36,003 nt of DNA from a virus (Duplodnaviria; Caudoviricetes), in IMG/VR virus record IMGVR_UViG_3300007983_000002, positions 1-36,003 of that record; one strand, 5' to 3'. Positions 27,151 through 35,026 of the stretch are shown here, in pieces. Below the pieces are notes generated by a model. That model searched no databases, had not been told where the DNA came from, and saw nothing but the letters and a program-made list of their open reading frames with translations. A program made the translations under genes and the position numbers. Numbering within the stretch: the first letter of the stretch is position 1; each line of letters starts with the position of its first letter.

Positions 27151-27654
27151 CTACCCCTTTCCAAAGGCTGACGGATTCTTCCCGTAAGCAGTAGCGAGAG
27201 ACCCAAGCCCACCAATGGCAGAGCTTATGCCAGCGTTTTGAATTTGGTTGGCAGCCATGTCGCCACCCTTTAAAGCAATCTGCTGGTCGATCTTCGTTTT
27301 GGTTCGCTGCCAGCCAAGAGCAGACTCAAACTCGTTACTCATTGCGCTGATGTAGTCATCGGCAGTCCCTTCAAACAAAATATTAGACGCGCCCACACCA
27401 GCCCTGGCGGCGCCTACCGTCTGATTCATCTGCTTTCTCATCTGCATTAGGTCGCGCTGACCCTGCATCTTTATTCGGTTTGCCTGAGTCCTTGCAAGTT
27501 CTTTAGCGTCGTCCTCTCCACCGCCACCGAAGATCCCAGCGACCCCGCCAATAACGCCGCCAATAGCCGCGCCCCACGGGCCGCCAAACTGAGCGCCAAT
27601 AGCCGCTCCTTGAGCTGCGCCCCCAATGCCACCGCTTATTTGTGACTGTTCCAT
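27151..27654 (-). CDS. Small internal virion protein (T7 gp14-like)
   Basis: Glycine-zipper N-terminus GAAQGAAIGAQFGGPWGAAIGG; A...GAS....GT motif. Confidence 0.65.
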   Translation of the reverse strand: MEQSQISGGIGGAAQGAAIGAQFGGPWGAAIGGVIGGVAGIFGGGGEDDAKELARTQANRIKMQGQRDLMQMRKQMNQTVGAARAGVGASNILFEGTADDYISAMSNEFESALGWQRTKTKIDQQIALKGGDMAANQIQNAGISSAIGGLGSLATAYGKNPSAFGKG

Positions 27655-27658
27655 ACTG

Positions 27659-28252
27659 CTACCTTCGACGCGCGTCGATCAATGACGAGCTCTTGAGTTT
27701 GACGTTTTTCCCCTGCATCCCGTCCCTGGCTGCCGCCTGGCTCAGTTTAACGCCATAAAGGTTCCAATAGTCCGCCTGTAGGTTTCTATTTTCTGTGATC
27801 GGTATAGCAAGATCCGCGGCAAGACGGGTCGCCAGGGTTTGAACAAACATATTGCTGAAGAAACCGGTATCAACGACTCGCCTAACGCCTTTCATGTACA
27901 CGGTAGAGGCGTCACAGAGAATAAACCTACCCTCTCTCTCCCAGTGGACCGGCGTTTCGCATGCATCAGCGTGTACATAGAAAACCTGCAGCCATTCCTG
28001 TGGCATGGGATGAGCGAACAAATTTGAAAACGCATCCTTATTGTTGACTGTTGATATGTCTCTGGCCCGAGCGAACGACCAGTACCGGTCCTCAATGACT
28101 GCGTCACGCACAAACGGGTAATGGTCTCGGCAATGCTCAGCAGTTCTGGATGCCTCATCAATTGACGTGATTCTTTTGGTTCCAAGATACGACAGCGCCT
28201 GGTTACAGATGCTGGTCTCTGAAATCATCGACCGGTTTGTTTGAGTAGCCAT
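27659..28252 (-). CDS. Tail tubular protein A / adaptor (T7 gp11-like)
   Basis: ICNQAL..LG...I.S.DE....A..C...Y...RD.V.....W.FA and F...LA.RLA.DLA.PIT motifs. Confidence 0.85.
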   Translation of the reverse strand: MATQTNRSMISETSICNQALSYLGTKRITSIDEASRTAEHCRDHYPFVRDAVIEDRYWSFARARDISTVNNKDAFSNLFAHPMPQEWLQVFYVHADACETPVHWEREGRFILCDASTVYMKGVRRVVDTGFFSNMFVQTLATRLAADLAIPITENRNLQADYWNLYGVKLSQAAARDGMQGKNVKLKSSSLIDARRR

Positions 28253-28262
28253 GTTTAAACTC

Positions 28263-29789
28263 CTAGTTAGGCGACACTGTCAGGCCACCACAATACCCTG
28301 GCGGGGTGTAATCTTCGTTGTTTCGTCTCAATGCAAGGTACAGTTTTTCTACATCAAATTCTGTGGCGTCTCCACCTATAAAAGATGCGACCAACATCCT
28401 AGCTCGCGCTAAAACAAAGGCGTTATCTTCGCCCAGTGGCGCGGAGGGGTCCTTTAACCGACCGAACATGGGGGACCCCGGTATAAAATAGTTGCTAGAA
28501 AAAGCGTACACGGTCGTAGCTGGCATTGACAGTGTGGTGGTTGTAGGTCGCCCATCAACAATTCTCGAATACGTCCCACTGGCGTTTAGTGTTATGGCAA
28601 GGTCTTCGTATAGAGACCCTGTTCCGTTAAAGTCGTAGCCATCAGTTATGAATGGCGCAGACACGCTGATTTGGAATGTAAGTAAATTCCAGTTGGCAAA
28701 CATACTGTCGTCAAGGTCTATAGTTCCAAGTCCAATAGCCGTGGAGGGTCCCTCTGCCCGGTTATTAGCGACGGTGGTGGTACCAGCGCAAAGTACGTTA
28801 AAACTTATTGTTTTGGCGGAAACATCCACATTAAAACCGATTTCAGGAAGGATTAAACCCGACAGCACCTCATTCCCTAACGCATTTGTGAAAGGTATTT
28901 TGCAAGGCCGTGCGTAAAGAACTACACCCCCGCCATTTGATAGTGTTGATGATGAAGAGCTTAATTCTTTAAACACCAACGCGCCCGAAAAAGAGTTGCC
29001 GGCAGTAGTGCCGTCGGTTCCCAAAACCTCCAATACCGGCCACCCCCCGGACTGTATTATGTCTACACGTGCTACTTTTATGTTTTCTGTGCCCCCGCAG
29101 TCGTCTACGAAATTCAGCTGCGGGTCGGAGGTTGTAAATACCGAAGACTCACCGCCGCCCAATGTAGTGGTTTTATTAAAATCCAACGTCGAACCACCCA
29201 TGCTTACAGGAAAACCAAACAGCGTTCTTGCCTCTGCCGTAGTTGCAGCCGTTTCACTCACGTCCACAACAAACTCGCCTGATATGCCTCCAAACTGTGA
29301 CGACACGTAAGAGTCATACGCATCACATGCGTAAGGCAAGCACTCAGTAAGCACCGGCTCTGGCACGTCAGTGTCACCCGGTGTGACTTCTTCTATTTTT
29401 TCGCCCCTGCAGTCGCAAACCGTTCCTTCAATCTCCTGCAAGATGAAAGTGGCTTTGTCCATCGTGTACTCGAACTGTTCCGTAGGAAACGGGTTGCCGT
29501 CTGACACACTGAACGACGTCTCAATCGGTGTCTTGCGTCGGATGACAAGACTCGCGCCAGAAGACAACGGGGCCGCAAGCGTAATTGTGCCTTGGGCAAA
29601 GATAGGGTCACGGTACTCGCTAAACTTAATGCTGTAGTGGAAGCCGTTAGTCAGCAGTGTAAGAGTTCCATCCAAAGCCTGTTTAAACACTTGTATGGCT
29701 TCAAGGCCCGTGGACTCAATGAAGAACGGGTACTCGGTGTCTGACTCTCTCGCGTAAACCTCTTGAAAATATGCGCTATCGACGGTCAT
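28263..29789 (-). CDS. Tail fibre / receptor-binding protein with T7 gp17-like N-terminal anchor
   Basis: V.RKTP.......F....E...DK.T.I.QE anchor motif, then a variable beta-rich domain. Confidence 0.7.
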   Translation of the reverse strand: MTVDSAYFQEVYARESDTEYPFFIESTGLEAIQVFKQALDGTLTLLTNGFHYSIKFSEYRDPIFAQGTITLAAPLSSGASLVIRRKTPIETSFSVSDGNPFPTEQFEYTMDKATFILQEIEGTVCDCRGEKIEEVTPGDTDVPEPVLTECLPYACDAYDSYVSSQFGGISGEFVVDVSETAATTAEARTLFGFPVSMGGSTLDFNKTTTLGGGESSVFTTSDPQLNFVDDCGGTENIKVARVDIIQSGGWPVLEVLGTDGTTAGNSFSGALVFKELSSSSSTLSNGGGVVLYARPCKIPFTNALGNEVLSGLILPEIGFNVDVSAKTISFNVLCAGTTTVANNRAEGPSTAIGLGTIDLDDSMFANWNLLTFQISVSAPFITDGYDFNGTGSLYEDLAITLNASGTYSRIVDGRPTTTTLSMPATTVYAFSSNYFIPGSPMFGRLKDPSAPLGEDNAFVLARARMLVASFIGGDATEFDVEKLYLALRRNNEDYTPPGYCGGLTVSPN

Positions 29790-32700
29790 ATATCGTCTCC
29801 CGTGAACACGCAGCCTTCGGGTGGTTCATACGTGACTCTGTTGCGATTAAATGCGAGCTTAAAGTCTTCGTAAGTACCCACGGTCCCGTCGCCAAGCCCC
29901 CCTAGAGCCGCAGCGTGAACCGTGGTGTTATCGGCCCAAAAAAACACGTTACCTGGGTTGGCGCTTGGGGGAGTTGTAGGCCAATCCTGCTCGACAAGCC
30001 CCTGCACAGGCTCGTCGGCGGGTCTGACCGTAGTAAACGTCACGTCTACAGGGTCAAAGTCTGTCTCAAAATCCCCTAACTTAATGCTTCCAGAACAGGT
30101 GGCCCAAAACCCAGCCCTAGTACCAAAGGCGCCGCCTGTATATTGGACCCTTCGCACATTGCTGACGTTAGTAGAAACCTCAAAAGGCACCCACAAATCT
30201 GTGGGGTCAGGGAACACATCCTCTATAAGGAAATCTTTTACCCACGTGGGGTTGGTGTATTGATCAACCGGTTGCGGCCCGCTGAAGGGAAGCGTAGGCC
30301 AAAGAGTCTGGTATTCGGTGCTAGTCAACCCAAAGGCTGGGTCACGCGGGTCACCATCTAAAACTATGAATGTGGGGCCGACAAAGATCATAGTTACACG
30401 CACCGTGTCATACTCGCCGCTGCTGTCGGTGTCTATAAAAGATATAGAAAACTCGACCCTATCACGTAGAATCTGCCCATCGTTCCGCTCTAAATAATAG
30501 TACATGGCAAATTTAGTGCGTAGGCTGTTCAGCTGAGAAATTGTTCCCCCTAGCCGCTGCCCATACGGACCTATAATTGCACGTAGACTTTCGTTACCCG
30601 CAGTCGGCGGGTCGCGCTGCACTATAGGCCCGGCGACACCTCCTATTAGGTTGCCATTACTTAATCCCATGTATAAGTTTTGCGGGTTTGGGTCGCAAGA
30701 ATCTATAGGAGATTGATTCCCTTCTGGCAACGTTAACTGCACGTAACTGAATGCTGTAAATATCGGGCTTGCGCCAAACTTAAAACCCTCTGGCGCATCA
30801 GGGAACGGCCACACTTCTTCGCCCGACGTCAGATTGACCCAAGACGACTGAAAATTGATCTTTTGGTAGTAATCTTCTATCGCGCTGCATGAATAGGGTT
30901 CGCACTCAGGCCCAACAACGGTCGGGTCCAAAGGGTCGCCGGGTGTGGCCTCTTCAACAATCGCACCTCTACAATCGCAGATCGTGCCCTCCAATTCTTG
31001 GAGGATAAACGTCGCTTTATCCATCGTGTATTCAAACTGCTCAGTGGGGAACGGGTTGCCGTCCTGCACTTCAAAGCTAGTCTCGATGGGAGTCTTGCGA
31101 CCTATCTCGATCTTCTCCCCCGGCAGTAGCTTACGGTTCAGCTTGATGTACCCGCGTTTAAATATGGGGTCACGGTACGGGTCAAGGAACAGGTTGTACC
31201 GAAGATCGGTCTCTGTGTTCACGTCAACGACAGCAATGTCTGATTGCACAGTGCCGGTAAGGTCGGTTGCAATCACGTAGAACTGAGACCCGCTCAAAGC
31301 AATGGCATCAGCAATGCTGTCGTTAACCGTAAACGTGTAGCTCGCAGACGTAGCACCAGAAATAGCAACACCCTGCTTGTACCACTGGTAGGTGAGTGTC
31401 CCAGCACCAGCGGAGTTGCTGCTTGCCGCCACGGTAAGTGTAAACGCACTCCCGTAGTTTACCTCTACGCCTACAGGCTGGGTGTCGATCTGTGGACTTA
31501 CGTCCGTGACCGTCAGTGTTACCGTATTGGACTGTGCTGTGCCGTTGCTATCAGTGACTACTACATAAAACTGATCACCATCATTTGCTACGGCAGTGGT
31601 CGGTGTAAACGTCGCGGAAGTCTCGCCGCTTATTGCACTATCGTCTGAAGCGTCGTACCACTGGTAGGTAAGCGAACCCGCAGACGCGGTGGCTGCTACT
31701 GTGAATGTAGCCGTTTCAAGCTCATTGACTGTAGTGTTTACCGGCTGAGTGTCTATGACAGGAGCTAGATCGAGAACTGTCAACGTCACCGTATTCGATT
31801 GAGTGCTGTCGTTATCGTCCGTAACAATCACATAAAACTGATCACCGTCATCAGCAAGCACGGCAGTGAAGTCGAAGGTCGCCGCCGTCTCTCCACTGAT
31901 CGCACTATCGTCACTGGCGTCGTACCATTGATACGTCAGAGTTCCGCCGCTTGTGGTGGCTGCTACAGTAAACGTCGCCGTTGTATTTTCATCCACTGTA
32001 GCGTTAGTCGGTTGCGTGTCGATGGTTGGCCCAGTGATAACCTCGTTTACTGTGAGCGTGACGGTATCTGACTGCGTAGACCCATTGTCATCCGTAACGA
32101 TTACATAGAACTGGTCGCCATCATTTGCCAGGGCCGTGGTGAAGTCATACGTGGCGGCAGTCTCTCCGCTGATTGTGCTGTCATCGCTGGCGTCATACCA
32201 CTGGTAGGTAAGCGTTCCTGTTCCTGTGGCGGCTACTGTGAAACTGGCGTCATCGCCTTCATCAACCGTGTCATCGGTTGGCTGCGTATCGATAGTTGGG
32301 CCGGCGGGTGCGGCTGGCGGACCCTCAAGCGGGAGAGGACCGGTGGACGGCAAAAAGTTGCCGGGGTAGCGCGCAACGCCTTTTGTAACCCTAAAATCAT
32401 CTACCCAACCGTCCATGCTGTGGTCAGCGGTGTTTAGTTTTCCTATGTAAAAATCGCGAGCAGAGTAGTTAGTTATTGTGCCGCCAGTCCCTGACACAAG
32501 AAGGTTGCCGTCTATATGAATCCTACGTGTGCCCGACTCGTTGCTGACCGAGATGTGGTACCACTGGCCGGTAGTAAATCCGTGGTTTGTCGGAGCCACC
32601 ATCTCAGCCCCGAGTATGTCGCGCAAATATATCTTGCCGCCAAATACGAAGCACCACACATCGACGTTGCCGCCGGTGGAAGAACACTTAGACCACAAGG

Positions 32701-34333
32701 CATCAAAGTTAGGTGACCCAGTTAGCGTGTTGAAACGGTACCACCCCTCCACGGTCCAATCGCCTGACGAAAAATCAAAATCCGCATCGTAAGTAACACG
32801 AACATAGTCGGTGCTGTCGATTCTTAAAGAGGTATCACCGAACTTTTTCTGTGCGTCATCGAGGTCCGCACCAACTAGCGATATAGTTTTAGCTGCCGAA
32901 CTTTCGTCGGTGGTGGTGGTGGCCCCATCGGCGCCATCAAAAGGCAACAACAAAACGACGTCATCAAAGTAATCGTCGTAGGGGCCAGTCTGTGAATGAG
33001 CAACCAGAGGCGGTGTAAACGCGGCGGTGTATCGAGCAGCGCCTTTGGTAATGCGGAAATCGTCAAGGTGCCCGTTAAAATAGCCGCCAGTTAAAGCTCC
33101 GTTATAGTAATCGGCTCCAATACTATTGTTGGCAGCCATCGGCCAAGATGTCGCTAAAGCTGCCGACCCTTGAGAGACACCATCTAAATACAGCGTAACC
33201 GTACCCGATGACCTCACCATGGCTACGTGATACCAAGTATCTATCGCGACAGTCGCGCCAGAACCCGAAATTAGAAGGGCATTGCCTCCAAATATATTTA
33301 AGTGGCCACCCGTATCCACGTAAAAAATAAAACCATCAGATAAAAAATAGTCTTTGTTTTGGAATATCAGGTTATTTGATGCAATGGTGCTAACACGTAT
33401 CCACGCCTCAATGGTGAAGTCGCCTGTACCGAAATCTAAAGCTGCATCAACTGGAAGCTCGAGATAGTCGCCTGTGCCATCTAAAAGCAAAGACGCACCG
33501 CCGAACTTAGATTGAGCGGTATCTATCTGAGCGCCACCTACAGCGGTTACGGTGTTTCCTAATTCGCTTTCGTCAGTGAACGTAGTGCTGGCGTCTGCCC
33601 CGTCCATTGGGAGAAGCAGCGATACTTCGCTGAACCGTGGGTCGATAATCGGATGCGCTTCAGTAGGCGGTGTAAACGCGGCGGTGTATCTGGCGACGCC
33701 TGTAGTTATCCGTAGGTCATCTATACGACCCGTTACAGAAGCACTGTCAGCTTGACCGATAGTTAGCGGTATAGAAGTTAATGCCTGTGGGGTGCCAGAA
33801 TAGCTCCCTGTTGCAACAGAGACGCCGTCCAGCCATAACGTAACGGTTGTGCCCGATAACGTCATAGCTATGTGATGCCAAGTGTTTACAGACAGCAGAC
33901 TTGCTGCGCTATTTATAAACAACCCAGCGCCGTTGAAATAATAAAACGAAATAGAGCCGTCTGTTCTAGGGCCAAACGTCCAGTAATTTGTGCTACCCGC
34001 CGGTTCAACGTTGCCCACCATAGCGGGGTAGTCATTAGAGAAAGCGCTATATGACCAGTCAGCAAACGACGCAGCTCTAACCCAACACTCAATAGTGAAA
34101 TCTTGCTGCCACCATTTTATAAGTGCTGCGGGAGGAGACGATATACTGATGTAGTCGCCCGTTCCGTCAGACAGAAACGAAGACTCACCAAACTTCTTTT
34201 CGGCAGTGTCTAACTGGGCGTCACCCGCCACAGACAGAACGCGCTGACTTTTACTATAGTCAATAAAGTCTGTGCTGGCATCTGGCCCATCGAACGGAAG
34301 CTGAAGAGTAACGTAGTCGAAGAAATCAGACAT
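29786..34333 (-). CDS. Large tail fibre/adhesin: 3x LamG (ConA-like), 4x Ig-like, partial anchor domain, variable C-terminal domain
   Basis: Three LLLPFDG...KFG..S...DFTIE.W...W.H.A...DD.R.T.G.ARY repeats; four PTIDTQP...TFTVAA...LTYQWY...QFYV.VTD repeats; GGAGGTG RBS. Confidence 0.85.
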   Translation of the reverse strand: MSDFFDYVTLQLPFDGPDASTDFIDYSKSQRVLSVAGDAQLDTAEKKFGESSFLSDGTGDYISISSPPAALIKWWQQDFTIECWVRAASFADWSYSAFSNDYPAMVGNVEPAGSTNYWTFGPRTDGSISFYYFNGAGLFINSAASLLSVNTWHHIAMTLSGTTVTLWLDGVSVATGSYSGTPQALTSIPLTIGQADSASVTGRIDDLRITTGVARYTAAFTPPTEAHPIIDPRFSEVSLLLPMDGADASTTFTDESELGNTVTAVGGAQIDTAQSKFGGASLLLDGTGDYLELPVDAALDFGTGDFTIEAWIRVSTIASNNLIFQNKDYFLSDGFIFYVDTGGHLNIFGGNALLISGSGATVAIDTWYHVAMVRSSGTVTLYLDGVSQGSAALATSWPMAANNSIGADYYNGALTGGYFNGHLDDFRITKGAARYTAAFTPPLVAHSQTGPYDDYFDDVVLLLPFDGADGATTTTDESSAAKTISLVGADLDDAQKKFGDTSLRIDSTDYVRVTYDADFDFSSGDWTVEGWYRFNTLTGSPNFDALWSKCSSTGGNVDVWCFVFGGKIYLRDILGAEMVAPTNHGFTTGQWYHISVSNESGTRRIHIDGNLLVSGTGGTITNYSARDFYIGKLNTADHSMDGWVDDFRVTKGVARYPGNFLPSTGPLPLEGPPAAPAGPTIDTQPTDDTVDEGDDASFTVAATGTGTLTYQWYDASDDSTISGETAATYDFTTALANDGDQFYVIVTDDNGSTQSDTVTLTVNEVITGPTIDTQPTNATVDENTTATFTVAATTSGGTLTYQWYDASDDSAISGETAATFDFTAVLADDGDQFYVIVTDDNDSTQSNTVTLTVLDLAPVIDTQPVNTTVNELETATFTVAATASAGSLTYQWYDASDDSAISGETSATFTPTTAVANDGDQFYVVVTDSNGTAQSNTVTLTVTDVSPQIDTQPVGVEVNYGSAFTLTVAASSNSAGAGTLTYQWYKQGVAISGATSASYTFTVNDSIADAIALSGSQFYVIATDLTGTVQSDIAVVDVNTETDLRYNLFLDPYRDPIFKRGYIKLNRKLLPGEKIEIGRKTPIETSFEVQDGNPFPTEQFEYTMDKATFILQELEGTICDCRGAIVEEATPGDPLDPTVVGPECEPYSCSAIEDYYQKINFQSSWVNLTSGEEVWPFPDAPEGFKFGASPIFTAFSYVQLTLPEGNQSPIDSCDPNPQNLYMGLSNGNLIGGVAGPIVQRDPPTAGNESLRAIIGPYGQRLGGTISQLNSLRTKFAMYYYLERNDGQILRDRVEFSISFIDTDSSGEYDTVRVTMIFVGPTFIVLDGDPRDPAFGLTSTEYQTLWPTLPFSGPQPVDQYTNPTWVKDFLIEDVFPDPTDLWVPFEVSTNVSNVRRVQYTGGAFGTRAGFWATCSGSIKLGDFETDFDPVDVTFTTVRPADEPVQGLVEQDWPTTPPSANPGNVFFWADNTTVHAAALGGLGDGTVGTYEDFKLAFNRNRVTYEPPEGCVFTGDDI

Positions 34334-34493
34334 TGTCGAACACCTCCGCGTAAGGCACGGGGTATCGGCTACCGTCAGCCGTAATCACGAACACCTGTAT
34401 AGCTTCCACACCGATGCTTTCGATGTCGAAGTAGTGGATAAGCTCTTCGTTCTGTTCCTTGGTCTCGAATACCAGCTTGCTATCAACGGTCAT
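34326..34493 (-). CDS. 55-aa ORF matching the N-terminal part of a tail-fibre anchor domain
   Basis: Manual translation MTVDSKLVFETKEQNEELIHYFDIESIGVEAIQVFVITADGSRYPVPYAEVFDNV; aligns with the N-terminus of 28263..29789; ATGA-coupled. Confidence 0.7.
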   Translation of the reverse strand: MTVDSKLVFETKEQNEELIHYFDIESIGVEAIQVFVITADGSRYPVPYAEVFDNV

Positions 34494-35026
34494 GCTTCAT
34501 CCAGTCTCGCGGAACAGTCTTCGCCGGTCGTATCTATCTCGAGCATAATGGCGTACAGCTTCGCCACGGCAGCGTTAATATCTGCAGCGACGAACCCAAA
34601 GTAACCCGTGAAATTGTACGTCTGAGTAATTGGCGTCGTTACATCAACCTCACATTTGCGCTCTGCAATCTCCTGGCAAATAAGCGTTGCCTTATCGAGG
34701 GCATACTCAACAGACCGACCGACAAAAGAATCGACCTTCGGCATATCTACCGTCTGGTCTATAAGCGTGTTCCTTTCGATCCTTACACCGGTAGTGCCAG
34801 CAGAGTGAATCCTGGAAAACGTCACCGTCGCGTTGTCGAAAAGCCCGTACCGGGTGTCACCGAAGGTCTCTATCGTGTACTCGCTAACAGGAACAAGGTA
34901 TCGGCTGCCATCGATAAGCTCGTAAACTTCTACAGAATCGACAGATGAAAACGGGAAATCGGCACTGTATTTTCTGGCCGCGTTAAGCGTCTGATCGACT
35001 GGAGCGTAAGCAGTAGTTACCGTCAT
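34490..35026 (-). CDS. Stand-alone tail-fibre anchor/adaptor protein (T7 gp17 N-terminal-like)
   Basis: MTVTT start (ATGA overlap); FPF...V.V...IERNT...E.ALDKATLICQE. Confidence 0.7.
   Translation of the reverse strand: MTVTTAYAPVDQTLNAARKYSADFPFSSVDSVEVYELIDGSRYLVPVSEYTIETFGDTRYGLFDNATVTFSRIHSAGTTGVRIERNTLIDQTVDMPKVDSFVGRSVEYALDKATLICQEIAERKCEVDVTTPITQTYNFTGYFGFVAADINAAVAKLYAIMLEIDTTGEDCSARLDEA

Noticed and set aside
29400-31100. Diversity-generating retroelement (TR/VR pair) in the duplicated fibre segments
   Set aside because: Differences are largely synonymous and not adenine-specific, both copies are coding and internal, and no reverse transcriptase is present.
31234-34337. Ribosomal bypass or self-splicing intron joining the anchor halves
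   Set aside because: The 3.1-kb interval is a fully coding LamG/Ig region with its own RBS; no intron or intein motifs are seen and it is far longer than known bypass gaps.
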